From: Calditrichaceae bacterium
GTDB lineage: Bacteria > Calditrichota > Calditrichia > Calditrichales > JBFXGD01
Assembly (NCBI GenBank): GCA_050178385.1
Contig: JBFXGD010000003.1
Coordinates: 1-55,722, forward strand
Length of the DNA: 55,722 nucleotides
Reading direction: 5' to 3'
Position numbers and translations under genes: made by a program. The notes under the pieces are model-generated. The model had not been told where the DNA came from. It saw nothing but the letters and a program-made list of their open reading frames with translations, and ran no database searches. Shown here one piece after another: positions 9,496 through 19,446 of the stretch. Each line of letters opens with the position of its first letter. Position 1 is the first letter of the stretch.

Positions 9496-9530
9496 AAACC
9501 TTCTCTATTGATAAGAGAAGGTTTTTTTTT
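9496..9530 (+). terminator. Intrinsic terminator after mglA
   Basis: AAACCTTCTCT / AGAGAAGGTTT stem plus T-run. Confidence 0.85.
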
Positions 9531-9572
9531 GTATAATGGGTAATACTTCTATGGAGAAATAAGATAAACGCA

Positions 9573-10868
9573 TTGACCCGCGATCAGAAGAAAAAAGAAA
9601 AAAAAGAAATATTTGCATGGACATTGTACGATTTTGCAAATACATCTTTTAGTGTCATAGTTGTGACGGTTGTTTATGCTGTATATTTCAAACAGTATAT
9701 CGTTTCCGGACAAACCATATCATTCTTTGGCATTGAGCGGAATCCGGGAGATTTATACTGGGGGCTCGGCGGCGCAATTTCGATGTTTATAGTTGCTGTG
9801 ACTTCACCATTGCTTGGGGCTATTGCCGATTTTAACAGCCGGAAAAAGTATTTTTTATTTGTTTACTCCATGTTCTGCATCGCCAGCACCCTTATGTTAT
9901 CCATCCTGGAACCGGGAATGGTTTGGCAGGGATTGTTTTTGTTTGTTGCCGGTAATATCGGTTTTGAAGGGGCGATCGTTTTTTATAACGGATTCTTACC
10001 TCAGATTTCCAGATCTGACAATATCGGCAAAATATCAGGCTACGGATTTGCTTTTGGATATATCGGCTCTTTAATATCTCTGCTCATCGCACTGCCTTAT
10101 GCAAACCGGGCTTTTGTTGCAGATGATTTATCCCTTATGCGGCCGACATTTCTCTGGGCCGGACTTTTTTTCCTCGTTTTTTCCACACCATTTTATTTAT
10201 TGGTCAATGAAAGAAAAAACAAAATAGCGGTTCATGTTGATAGTTATGTAAGGGAAGGCTATAAAAGACTCCGGAAAACGATAAAGATGATTCGGGAATT
10301 TCCTGAGATAGTAAAGTTCCTGGTCGCGTATTTTATTTATATTGACGGAGTTAATACCGTAATTTACTTCGGTGGGATCTTTGCAAAAGATACACTTGGT
10401 TTTTCAATGGTTGAAATTATTACATTTTTTGCGATAATTCAATTTTCTGCGATTTCCGGGGCATATGTTTTTGGTTTTCTTACTGATAAACTTGGTCCGA
10501 AGAAGACTATCAATCTCACATTGCTTATGTGGATGGTGGTCTCCATAGGGGCTTTTTTCTCGTATGATCAACTCTCATTTTATGCGGTTGGATTGATAGC
10601 GGGGATAGCAATGGGGTCGTCACAATCTGCCAGCCGGGCTCTGATGGGGATTCTGATCCCTGAAGGGATGGAAGCGGAATTTTATGGATTTTATGCGTTG
10701 ACTGGAAAATTTTCATCCATTCTGGGGCCTCTTCTTTTTGGCGTTATTTCCACTACTACAGGAAGCCAGAGAATAGCTGTTCTTTCAGTCCTGTTGTTTT
10801 TTGTAACAGGTTTTGCCTTGTTTCAGAGAGTCGATGAAAAAGTTACATATAAAAAAGTTGTAATTTGA
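9573..10868 (+). CDS. MFS transporter (UMF1/Atg22-like)
   Basis: AWTLYDFANTSF, SPLLGAIAD, GKISGYGFAFGYIG, SQSASRAL; about 12 hydrophobic segments. Confidence 0.85.
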   Translation: MTRDQKKKEKKEIFAWTLYDFANTSFSVIVVTVVYAVYFKQYIVSGQTISFFGIERNPGDLYWGLGGAISMFIVAVTSPLLGAIADFNSRKKYFLFVYSMFCIASTLMLSILEPGMVWQGLFLFVAGNIGFEGAIVFYNGFLPQISRSDNIGKISGYGFAFGYIGSLISLLIALPYANRAFVADDLSLMRPTFLWAGLFFLVFSTPFYLLVNERKNKIAVHVDSYVREGYKRLRKTIKMIREFPEIVKFLVAYFIYIDGVNTVIYFGGIFAKDTLGFSMVEIITFFAIIQFSAISGAYVFGFLTDKLGPKKTINLTLLMWMVVSIGAFFSYDQLSFYAVGLIAGIAMGSSQSASRALMGILIPEGMEAEFYGFYALTGKFSSILGPLLFGVISTTTGSQRIAVLSVLLFFVTGFALFQRVDEKVTYKKVVI

Positions 10869-11812
10869 TTAAAAAATGTCGTACGAATATAAGAATTAAC
10901 TTGTTCAAACTGGTGAAAATATTTATATTCGCAGCTCTGTTAATGATGATTTTGGATGTGGACACATTTCAGGCGTCTGAGAACAAGAGACTGGAGTTTG
11001 GACGCTTTCATTTTGTGTATGAAGCGGGTGACAGTGTTCTGGTTCAGATGCTGCTGCAAAAAGTTTCATCCAAAATAACAGGACTTGAAGATTTTTTCGG
11101 TTATAAACCCGGAAGTGTGATCACAATTTGTATCGCATGTTCCGACAAAGCATTTAGAGCAGTGAATGATGATGCTGTTCCTGAATGGGCTCAGGCAGTC
11201 GCGCATATCAGACAGCGCATGATTGTAATGAAACTCGAAGATGCTGAACAGATCAGACGTTCACCGCAAGTACTGATGCATGAATTGGCGCACATGTTCA
11301 TTGCTCAGAGATTGAATGATGAACAAATACCGGTCTGGTTGAATGAAGGAATTGCAGAATATATTAGCCGCGCAGAGTTTGGTCTGGATGAAAAGATCAT
11401 GCTGGCAAACGCGCTGCAAAGTAAAGGTATTCTGCCTCTGAGCGCGCTGGATTCGCTCTTTAATTTTAGAAAACCTAAGGCTAGATTAGCATATGCCGAA
11501 GCTTACTCTGCGGTACAGTATTTTATCTCGCAGTATGGCGAAAAAGGAATTCAGGAACTGCTGCGTAATCTGGGTCTGTACAGTTCCGTGAATGATGCTT
11601 TTATTGCAACGATTGGATATGACCAGATAGATTTTGAAATAATGTGGTATCAGGATAGTTATGATAGATTGCGTTGGTTAGTTATTTTGAACTTTGACAA
11701 TGTATTTTGGGTCATAATAGGAATCCTTTTTGTTCTGGCTATCATAATCGTTAAAATGAAGAACAGAAAAATCATCCGCGGCTGGGATGAAGATGACCAT
11801 AAAATAATTTAA
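10865..11812 (+). CDS. Membrane-anchored clan MA (gluzincin-like) metallopeptidase
   Basis: HELAH zinc motif followed by PVWLNEGIAEY; N-terminal hydrophobic segment and C-terminal TM helix. Confidence 0.75.
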   Translation: MIKKCRTNIRINLFKLVKIFIFAALLMMILDVDTFQASENKRLEFGRFHFVYEAGDSVLVQMLLQKVSSKITGLEDFFGYKPGSVITICIACSDKAFRAVNDDAVPEWAQAVAHIRQRMIVMKLEDAEQIRRSPQVLMHELAHMFIAQRLNDEQIPVWLNEGIAEYISRAEFGLDEKIMLANALQSKGILPLSALDSLFNFRKPKARLAYAEAYSAVQYFISQYGEKGIQELLRNLGLYSSVNDAFIATIGYDQIDFEIMWYQDSYDRLRWLVILNFDNVFWVIIGILFVLAIIIVKMKNRKIIRGWDEDDHKII

Positions 11813-11844
11813 CTAACTTTACCACTTTAATTCGGAGAATTAAA

Positions 11845-12390
11845 TTGTATATTCCAAGCAAAATTTTCTTTACGAAGGGGGTCGGCAAAAGCCGGGAGCA
11901 ATTAACAAGTTTTGAAATGGCCTTGAGAAATGCAGGTCTTGCGCCATTTAACCTGGTCGCTGTTTCTAGTATTTATCCTGCAGGGTGTGAAATTATTGAC
12001 AGGGAAGATGGTTTAAAAGAGATGACCGCCGGACAGATTGTACATGCGGTTTACAGCAGAAATGCAACAAATGAGCCTAACCGTCTGCTTGCCGCTTCTA
12101 TTGGGGTCGCTATCCCAAAAGATGTCACGGCATACGGATATCTAAGTGAGCATCATAGTTTTGGTGAAATTGAAAAGAAAGCCGGTGATTATGCTGAAGA
12201 TCTTGCCGCAGAAATGCTGGCTACGATTCTTGGTGTGGAATTTGATCCGGAAGCAAGCTGGGATGAAAAAAGACAAATCTGGCAAATTTCTGACAAGATC
12301 GTGCAGACATCGAATATTACTCAATGCGCAAATGGTGACGAAAATGGTTGGTGGACCACAGTGTTTACAGCAGCTGTTTTGCTTCCCTAA
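11845..12390 (+). CDS. pdaD: Pyruvoyl-dependent arginine decarboxylase
   Basis: LTSFEMALRNAGLAPFNLVAVSSIYP with Ser-Ser self-cleavage site; YGYLSEHH; upstream of agmatinase. Confidence 0.9.
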   Translation: MYIPSKIFFTKGVGKSREQLTSFEMALRNAGLAPFNLVAVSSIYPAGCEIIDREDGLKEMTAGQIVHAVYSRNATNEPNRLLAASIGVAIPKDVTAYGYLSEHHSFGEIEKKAGDYAEDLAAEMLATILGVEFDPEASWDEKRQIWQISDKIVQTSNITQCANGDENGWWTTVFTAAVLLP

Positions 12391-12448
12391 TAAAATGGTT
12401 CAAAACGTTTTCAGGGAAGAGATGATTTGCATAACTTATTGAATTTAC

Positions 12449-12491
12449 AATCCCGGATCTTTTGGCATTCTGCCTAACCGGGATTTTTTTT
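12449..12491 (+). terminator. Terminator-like hairpin between pdaD and speB
   Basis: AATCCCGG / CCGGGATT outer stem, GGCA-TTC-TGCC inner stem, T-run. Confidence 0.55.
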
Positions 12492-12522
12492 AATTTTAAA
12501 GAAATTAAGGAAAGTGTTTTAG

Positions 12523-13371
12523 ATGAATGATTTTTTGGGTATAGAATCACCATATACCGATTACAATTCGGCCCGCGCAGTGGTGATCCCGGTTCCGTTT
12601 GAACATACGACAAGTTATGGCCAGGGTGCAAAACATGGGCCTCAGGCGATTATTGATGCTTCCGCATACGTTGAATTCTACGACGATGAATATGATTGTG
12701 AAATGTATAAGTCAGGAGTGCACACAACCCCGGCTCTCAATTTTACAAATAACCCGGAATCGGATTTTGATAAGATCACTGAGGAATTCAGGCGTGTGCT
12801 TAACGATGGTAAGTTTCCGGTCGGTCTGGGGGGGGAGCATTCGGTAAGCTACCCCACATATCGCGCGTTTCATGAAAAGTATGATAATATCAGCGTCTTG
12901 CAGTTCGATGCGCACTCGGACCTGAGGGAGTCCTATGAAGGAACACCCTATTCTCATGCCAGTGTTATGCGAAGGATATATGATCTGAACAAAGATATTG
13001 TTCAGGTTGGCATTCGCTCGCAGTGCATCGAAGAAGCGCAATTTATAAAAGAAAACAGAATAAATACTTTTTTTGCCCATTCATTGAGAAAAAACGGTCT
13101 GAGTAATGACATTATTGACCGGTTAAATGAAAATGTATTTATAACAATAGATGTGGATTATTTTGATCCATCTATCATGCCGTCTACAGGAACTCCTGAA
13201 CCCGGCGGATTTTTATGGTACGAAACGGTGGATTTTTTATCACGCGTGTTTAAGAAAAAAAATGTAGTTGGGTTTGATGTAGTTGAACTCAGCCCCAAAA
13301 CAGGCGTCATCCATCCTGATTTTTTCGCGGCAAAATTGATATATAAAATGTTGACCCTAAAATTTCTGTGA
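12523..13371 (+). CDS. speB: Agmatinase
   Basis: GGEHS, FDAHSDLR, TIDVDYFDP, TGTPEPGG ureohydrolase motifs. Confidence 0.92.
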   Translation: MNDFLGIESPYTDYNSARAVVIPVPFEHTTSYGQGAKHGPQAIIDASAYVEFYDDEYDCEMYKSGVHTTPALNFTNNPESDFDKITEEFRRVLNDGKFPVGLGGEHSVSYPTYRAFHEKYDNISVLQFDAHSDLRESYEGTPYSHASVMRRIYDLNKDIVQVGIRSQCIEEAQFIKENRINTFFAHSLRKNGLSNDIIDRLNENVFITIDVDYFDPSIMPSTGTPEPGGFLWYETVDFLSRVFKKKNVVGFDVVELSPKTGVIHPDFFAAKLIYKMLTLKFL

Positions 13372-13386
13372 TAATGTAGTTGACAG

Positions 13387-15537
13387 GTGGTTTTGATGAA
13401 AAAAGTTAAATTTGTACTGGGGATACACAATCATCAACCGATTGGTAATTTTGATTTTGTTTTCGAGGAAGCTTATCAAAAATCGTATCTGCCATTTCTT
13501 CAGGTGCTCCAAAGGCATCCTAAAATTAGAATTTCAATTCATTTTACCGGTATTCTGCTGGATTGGCTGGAAAATCATCATCCCGAATTACTGGGTATGA
13601 TAAAAGAAATGACCCGGGCGGGTCAGCTGGAAGTGATGAGCGGCGGTTATTACGAGCCGATAATATCCGTTATCCCTCCAAAAGATCGTAAGGGCCAAAT
13701 ACAAAAATTAACCAGGCGCGTTAAAGATCTTTTCGGATATGATGCGACGGGTATGTGGATGGCTGAGCGCGTATGGGAGCCAACTCTGCCGACAACTCTT
13801 TCAGAAGCCGGAATCAATTATTCTGTTGTGGATGATACGCATTTTAAATATGCCGGTTTGACAGAAGATGAACTTACCGGTTATTATATCACGGAAGATT
13901 TAGGGAACAAAGTTTTTCTTTTCCCCATTAGTAAACATTTGCGATACACGATCCCGTTTCAGGATCCGCAGGCAACCATCGCTCATTTAAGAGATGTGGC
14001 TACGGAAGACGGTGATAATGTTGTTGTCTTCGCCGACGACGGTGAAAAGTTCGGTGTATGGCCGGAAACGTTCCGTCATGTTTATGAAAATGGCTGGCTG
14101 GAAAAATTTTTTACAGCCGTCGAGCAAAATATGGACTGGATCGAAATGCTGCATTTCGACGAAGTGTTTGATAAAGTTAAGCCGAAAAATAAAATATTCC
14201 TGCCTACAGCCTCATATTCAGAGATGATGCACTGGTCATTATTTCCTAAAACATTTAATGAATTTGAAGCTTTTGAACATGAGCTGAAGGAGAAAAATTT
14301 ATTTGACAGGTACGGTATTTTTGTGCGGGGGGGATTCTGGCGGAATTTTATGACGAAATATCCGGAAGTAAATAATATGCATAAAAAAATGCTCCGGGTT
14401 AGTCAAAAACTATGGTCAGCCGCTGATAAAAATCAGGCGAAACTTTCACCGGCATTCGATCAACTCTGGGCCGGGCAGTGTAACTGCCCTTACTGGCACG
14501 GTGTTTTCGGAGGTTTGTATCTTAGTCATCTTCGTCATGCGATTTATAACAGCCTGATCAACGCGGAAAAAATTCTTGATAAAATTCAGCCGCCTGACTA
14601 TCCGGTTTTAGATGTTTATGATTTCGATCTTGATGGTCAAGATGAGGTTTTGGTTGAAACTCCGGTCCACAACGCTTATTTTAAACCTGCGGCCGGCGCT
14701 GTTATGTTTGAGTACGATTATAAACATGCGGCAAAAAACCTGCTGGACACAATGACGCGCAGAAAAGAAGGCTATCACTATAAATTGAGAGACGCTAAAA
14801 TTGTAGGTGAAAGTCAATCAAAAGGCGCCGAAGGCACGGCCAGTATACATGACCTTGTGCTGGCAAAAGAAGCCGGTCTTGAGAAGTATTTAAATTATGA
14901 CTGGTATGAGCGTAAATCATTTATTGATCATTTTATTAGTTTCGATTCGTCGATTAATGATTTTTTCAGCGCTAAATATGATGAGTTGGGTGACTTTGTA
15001 ATAGAGCCGTATGCACTGAAGAATAAAGTGAAAAACAAAGATTATGTCATACTTGTTTTTGAGAGAAACGGATTCGTTAAATTTAATGATAAACCACTGA
15101 ATCTGATTCTTGAAAAGAAATTGACTATCCAAAATTCCGGCTCGGAGATTATCGCGGAGTACAAAATAAAAAATCCGGGAAAAGAGAAATTATCGCTGAA
15201 TTTTGGCGTTGAATTTAATTTCGGATTACAGGCAGGTCACGCGGATGACCGCTATTACTATTTGGCCGGCGGAAAGCCTGACAATCCTTATCTGGATTCA
15301 ATGGTAGAAATCAGCGACATCGATTTCATCGGTTTGAAGGATGAATATATGAAAATCGATGTTCAGCTAAAATCAGAAAAGAAAGCTAAAATTTGGCGGA
15401 TGCCCGTAGAGACAATCTCTCTCTCGGAAGCCGGATTTGAACGTGTGTATCAAAGTTCATCTGTAGTGTTTTTGTGGAAAGCGGAGTTCTCAGATGAATG
15501 GTCGGTTAAAATCAATCATCGTGTAGAAACAATTTAG
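13387..15537 (+). CDS. GH57 alpha-amylase / 4-alpha-glucanotransferase (start may be ATG 13396)
   Basis: HNHQPIGN, WMAERVW (Glu nucleophile), DDGEKFG (Asp acid/base), YWHGVFGGLY, SEAGFERVYQ. Confidence 0.9.
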   Translation: MVLMKKVKFVLGIHNHQPIGNFDFVFEEAYQKSYLPFLQVLQRHPKIRISIHFTGILLDWLENHHPELLGMIKEMTRAGQLEVMSGGYYEPIISVIPPKDRKGQIQKLTRRVKDLFGYDATGMWMAERVWEPTLPTTLSEAGINYSVVDDTHFKYAGLTEDELTGYYITEDLGNKVFLFPISKHLRYTIPFQDPQATIAHLRDVATEDGDNVVVFADDGEKFGVWPETFRHVYENGWLEKFFTAVEQNMDWIEMLHFDEVFDKVKPKNKIFLPTASYSEMMHWSLFPKTFNEFEAFEHELKEKNLFDRYGIFVRGGFWRNFMTKYPEVNNMHKKMLRVSQKLWSAADKNQAKLSPAFDQLWAGQCNCPYWHGVFGGLYLSHLRHAIYNSLINAEKILDKIQPPDYPVLDVYDFDLDGQDEVLVETPVHNAYFKPAAGAVMFEYDYKHAAKNLLDTMTRRKEGYHYKLRDAKIVGESQSKGAEGTASIHDLVLAKEAGLEKYLNYDWYERKSFIDHFISFDSSINDFFSAKYDELGDFVIEPYALKNKVKNKDYVILVFERNGFVKFNDKPLNLILEKKLTIQNSGSEIIAEYKIKNPGKEKLSLNFGVEFNFGLQAGHADDRYYYLAGGKPDNPYLDSMVEISDIDFIGLKDEYMKIDVQLKSEKKAKIWRMPVETISLSEAGFERVYQSSSVVFLWKAEFSDEWSVKINHRVETI

Positions 15538-15543
15538 AACGAG

Positions 15544-17196
15544 GTGCTCATGCCCCGGAATAAATCGATATTTTCCCTTCTTTTTTTGCTGTTGGTCCTG
15601 CTGACATTTGTTGCCTGGCAGTATGACGGATATTTGTTTGCGGATGGGGATGAAGTTTCCGCAAAGAAGCAGAATGTTCAGAAAATTAATGAAGTGCTGG
15701 GGTATGTCCAAAATTATTATGTAGATGATGTGGATTGGAATAAATCCATGAATGGCGCCATAAAAGGCATGTTGGAAACACTCGATCCGCATTCGGTATA
15801 CTTTACTGCTGAAGAAGCCAGACAGAATGAAGAAAATTTTCAGGGTCGGTATGAGGGTATCGGAATTCATTATGACGTTATTGACGGTTATCTTACCGTG
15901 ATCTCTGTTATCCCGGGTTCTCCTTCAGAAGATGCAGGGTTGATGGCAGGTGACAGAATTATAATGATAGATGATGTAAGCTCTTATGGTATCAATTCAA
16001 CAGAAGTGCCCTCAAAGCTGAAAGGTCCCAAAGGGACACCGGTAAAAGTAACTGTAACCCGTGAGGGATTTGATGAGCCGATTGAATTTACGCTTATCAG
16101 AGATGAAATCCCGATTTTTACTGTCAATACATATTTTATGGCAGACAAAATTACAGGTTATATTTGGCTGAACCGATTTGCGAGTACGACTGCAGATGAA
16201 GTGGAGACAGCGCTAATTAATCTTGAAAAACAGGGTATGAAGCGTCTTCTTTTAGACCTCAGGGGAAATGGCGGGGGATATCTTCGCCAGGCAGTCGAGA
16301 TAGTCGGAAAATTTATCGATGGCCACAATCTTGTTGTGTACACGAAGGGGAAGCTTCCAAAATACGATGAGGAATATTTTAGTGATGATTTTGGAAGATC
16401 TATAAAAAGGGACTATCCACTGGTGATACTGATTGACCATGGCTCGGCAAGCGCGTCAGAAATTGTTGCAGGAGCCATTCAGGATTACGACCGGGGACTC
16501 ATAGTCGGGACAAATAGTTTTGGAAAAGGGCTTGTTCAGAATGAATTTGTGCTAAATGATGACTCTAAACTCAGGTTAACGGTCTCAAAGTACTATACTC
16601 CAAGCGGCAGACTTATCCAAAGACCTTACAAGGATAAAAATATCGGAGAATATTACAATGATCTTAACTACGATGATGACAGGCTTGACTCAACAAAATC
16701 CGTAACCGAGGACAGTGTCAGGGAAAGACCGGTTTATTCGACAAAAGGCGGAAGAAGTGTGTTTGGCGGCGGGGGAATCACCCCTGATACAATCGTCGTT
16801 TATAAAAGTTATTCGAAATCTCTTAAAATGACTCAGAAATTTTTACAAAAACGAATCTTTTTTGAAGTCGCTACACATTTTGCAAATCACAATACCCAAT
16901 GGAAAGACCGGTTTACTGATTTTCTGAATAGTTTTGAAGTGGATCCTGATCTTCTGTTAAGTCTCCGTACAGCGGCTGAAAAGAAAAATATTAAGTTCGC
17001 CAATGATGAATTTGACAGGGATGAAGAATTCCTGAAAAGCCGTCTAAAAGCTGAAATTGCCCGAACTTATTGGGGCATGAGCAGCTATTGGCAGGTTTTT
17101 TCGCAATATGATAATCAATTTCAAATAGCCCTGAATTTATTCCCTGAATCAATAAAATTGGCACAGTTAGGGCACATCCATCAGAATCAAAAATAA
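15544..17196 (+). CDS. S41 C-terminal processing protease (CtpA/Prc family) with PDZ
   Basis: LDPHSVY, GIGI PDZ, DLRGNGGG, SASASEIVAGAIQD, SFGKGLVQ; N-terminal signal/anchor. Confidence 0.93.
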   Translation: MLMPRNKSIFSLLFLLLVLLTFVAWQYDGYLFADGDEVSAKKQNVQKINEVLGYVQNYYVDDVDWNKSMNGAIKGMLETLDPHSVYFTAEEARQNEENFQGRYEGIGIHYDVIDGYLTVISVIPGSPSEDAGLMAGDRIIMIDDVSSYGINSTEVPSKLKGPKGTPVKVTVTREGFDEPIEFTLIRDEIPIFTVNTYFMADKITGYIWLNRFASTTADEVETALINLEKQGMKRLLLDLRGNGGGYLRQAVEIVGKFIDGHNLVVYTKGKLPKYDEEYFSDDFGRSIKRDYPLVILIDHGSASASEIVAGAIQDYDRGLIVGTNSFGKGLVQNEFVLNDDSKLRLTVSKYYTPSGRLIQRPYKDKNIGEYYNDLNYDDDRLDSTKSVTEDSVRERPVYSTKGGRSVFGGGGITPDTIVVYKSYSKSLKMTQKFLQKRIFFEVATHFANHNTQWKDRFTDFLNSFEVDPDLLLSLRTAAEKKNIKFANDEFDRDEEFLKSRLKAEIARTYWGMSSYWQVFSQYDNQFQIALNLFPESIKLAQLGHIHQNQK

Positions 17197-17197
17197 A

Positions 17198-17226
17198 TTG
17201 ACTTTAAAAGTTAAAAATATTATACT
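17198..17226 (+). promoter_or_regulatory. Sigma70 promoter of exbB-exbD-exbD-tonB
   Basis: TTGACT-N17-TATACT. Confidence 0.7.
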
Positions 17227-17297
17227 TGAAAACATTCTATGGTTTGGAAATCGTGGTTAAATAAGTACAACGAAAAATATAATTAGGAGTTATTGGT

Positions 17298-17915
17298 ATG
17301 GTAGAGCTTTTTTTAGCCGGTGGGATATTCATGTGGCCGATCCTTGGTCTGTTGATCATTGGGCTGGCTTATTCATTGGAACGCTTATGGACTTTAACAC
17401 GGGCATCTGTAAATACTAGAAAATTTTTGACCAGGTTACATGCGGCATTACAGGAAGGTGGCATTGAAGGCGCTGCCGCGGAATGTGAAAAAACAACTGG
17501 CCCGGTCGCTTCAATATTACATGCGGGTCTTTCAAGAGCCGATAAAGGATTGTCGCATGTGGAGAAAGCAATCACAAACGCTGGATCTATCGAAATGGCA
17601 TTTCTTGAAAGAGGTATGGTTGTGTTGACAACGGTTATCGTTCTGGCACCGATGTTAGGATTTACCGGAACAGTAGCCGGTATGGTTGGCGCTTTTGACG
17701 CTATTAAGAAAGCTAATGATATTTCTCCTGCTATCGTAGCGGGTGGTATTTCTCAGGCTTTGTTGACCACGCTTTTTGGTTTGGTTGTCGCTATGATCAT
17801 TCAGGTGTTTTACAACTTCTTCACATCCAGAATTGATAAATTGATCATTGATATGGAAGAAAGTTCCGTCGAGCTAATGGATGCATTAATTGAAATGCAA
17901 GATTCCAATAAATAA
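17298..17915 (+). CDS. exbB: MotA/TolQ/ExbB proton channel protein
   Basis: APMLGFTGTVAGMVGAF, AGGISQALLTT; SD AGGAG. Confidence 0.9.
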   Translation: MVELFLAGGIFMWPILGLLIIGLAYSLERLWTLTRASVNTRKFLTRLHAALQEGGIEGAAAECEKTTGPVASILHAGLSRADKGLSHVEKAITNAGSIEMAFLERGMVVLTTVIVLAPMLGFTGTVAGMVGAFDAIKKANDISPAIVAGGISQALLTTLFGLVVAMIIQVFYNFFTSRIDKLIIDMEESSVELMDALIEMQDSNK

Positions 17916-17940
17916 TTACCCTGTTAATTGAGGAAGAAAT

Positions 17941-18348
17941 ATGTTACTCGGTAAAAAACGAGATAAAAACGTTGAAATTCCGTCAGCATCCTTGTCTGAC
18001 ATCGTTTTCCTGTTGTTGATTTTCTTCCTGGTAACAACATCCATTGATACGGAAAAAGGTTTGGATTTGGTACTTCCCGCTCCGGGTGATATCGAAATTA
18101 AAGTTCCAAAGAAGAATCTAACCAATCTGCTTGTGAATGCACAGGGACAAATTTTGTTGGATAACGAGCTCATTGAACTCTCTGATGTCGCGCGGGCGGT
18201 AAAAGAGAAGATTTATGAAAATGAGTTGTTGATCGTTTCTGTGAAAACGGATAAAGAAACAAGATACGAAACTTATATCAAAGTTTTAGATCAACTAAAA
18301 AAGGCGGAAGCAAAACGTATATCACTGGCTGAACCAGAAGAAGATTAA
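17941..18348 (+). CDS. exbD: ExbD/TolR protein
   Basis: SLSDIVFLLLIFFLV TM with conserved Asp. Confidence 0.9.
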   Translation: MLLGKKRDKNVEIPSASLSDIVFLLLIFFLVTTSIDTEKGLDLVLPAPGDIEIKVPKKNLTNLLVNAQGQILLDNELIELSDVARAVKEKIYENELLIVSVKTDKETRYETYIKVLDQLKKAEAKRISLAEPEED

Positions 18349-18366
18349 CACTAGAGGCTGTATATT

Positions 18367-18783
18367 ATGAAATTTTCGAAAAAAAGTAAGATAAATGTTG
18401 CGATCCCGACGGCATCCATGCCGGATATCATCTTCATGCTTTTGATATTTTTTATGGTCGCGACTGTTTTTAAGCAATATTCGGGCTTGAAAGTACAGCT
18501 TCCTGATGCCGTAAAAATTAAGAAAATCGAAGGATCGAAACGCCATGTTGCCACAATTTGGCTGGATAGAGACAGCCAGATAATTTGTGATGACGTAGCA
18601 ATTAAAAAAGTTAATGATTTGCGTAATGTCGTATATCAAAAATTAGTAACTGATCCTCAACTTATCGTCGCGTTGAAAATTGATAAAACGGCCAATATGG
18701 GAATTGTAAATAAAGTGCATCAGGAACTAAGGAAAGCAAGTGCACTTCGAATTAATTATTCAGCAATACCAGGAGTATTTTAA
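18367..18783 (+). CDS. exbD: ExbD/TolR protein (second copy)
   Basis: SMPDIIFMLLIFFMV TM with conserved Asp. Confidence 0.9.
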   Translation: MKFSKKSKINVAIPTASMPDIIFMLLIFFMVATVFKQYSGLKVQLPDAVKIKKIEGSKRHVATIWLDRDSQIICDDVAIKKVNDLRNVVYQKLVTDPQLIVALKIDKTANMGIVNKVHQELRKASALRINYSAIPGVF

Positions 18784-19413
18784 ATGAAGGCATTGAAAAA
18801 AAATCCTGAAGCTGACTTGAGACTAAAATATAGAAAAGCCCTGGAAGCCGCAATTGCAATATCATTGTTAATACTGATATTGGTGTTTTATGCATTTAAG
18901 AAATTCGAAACCGGGATGAGCCTGCCGGAACAACCGGACATCATCATCGAAACGATCGAAATTCCTAAAACCCAGCAGGTACAGAAACCACCACCTCCTT
19001 CAAGACCATCTATACCGGTGGAATCTGAAGATGAAGATTTGCTGGACGATGTAACAATTGCGGAAACAGAGGTAAACTTTGAACGATTTGAAGAATTGCC
19101 TCCTCCTCCTCCACCTGAAGAAGATGAAGTTTACGAATTCTTCGCCGTTTCTGAGAAACCGGTGCTGGTTCACAAAGAGACACCGCAGTTTCCTGATTTG
19201 GCTCGTAAAGCCGGTATTGAGGGAATTGTAGTCATTACCGTAACAATCAGCAAAACAGGTGTTGTTCAGGATGCGAGAGTTTTTAAATCGATACCTATGT
19301 TAGACGAGGCAGCTTTGGAAGCGGCTAAGAAGTGTACCTTCAAACCCGCGAAGCAAAGAGATAAATTTGTAAAAGTTAAAATGAACATACCTTTCCAGTT
19401 CAAACTTAAATAA
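18784..19413 (+). CDS. tonB: Energy transducer TonB
   Basis: N-terminal TM, poly-Pro linker, FPDLARKAGIEG...LDEAALEA...FKPA C-terminal domain. Confidence 0.9.
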   Translation: MKALKKNPEADLRLKYRKALEAAIAISLLILILVFYAFKKFETGMSLPEQPDIIIETIEIPKTQQVQKPPPPSRPSIPVESEDEDLLDDVTIAETEVNFERFEELPPPPPPEEDEVYEFFAVSEKPVLVHKETPQFPDLARKAGIEGIVVITVTISKTGVVQDARVFKSIPMLDEAALEAAKKCTFKPAKQRDKFVKVKMNIPFQFKLK

Positions 19414-19446
19414 AAAAAAGGCAACCATACGGTTGCCTTTTTTTTT
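19412..19446 (+). terminator. Intrinsic (bidirectional-type) terminator after tonB
   Basis: A-run GGCAACC-ATAC-GGTTGCC T-run. Confidence 0.9.
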
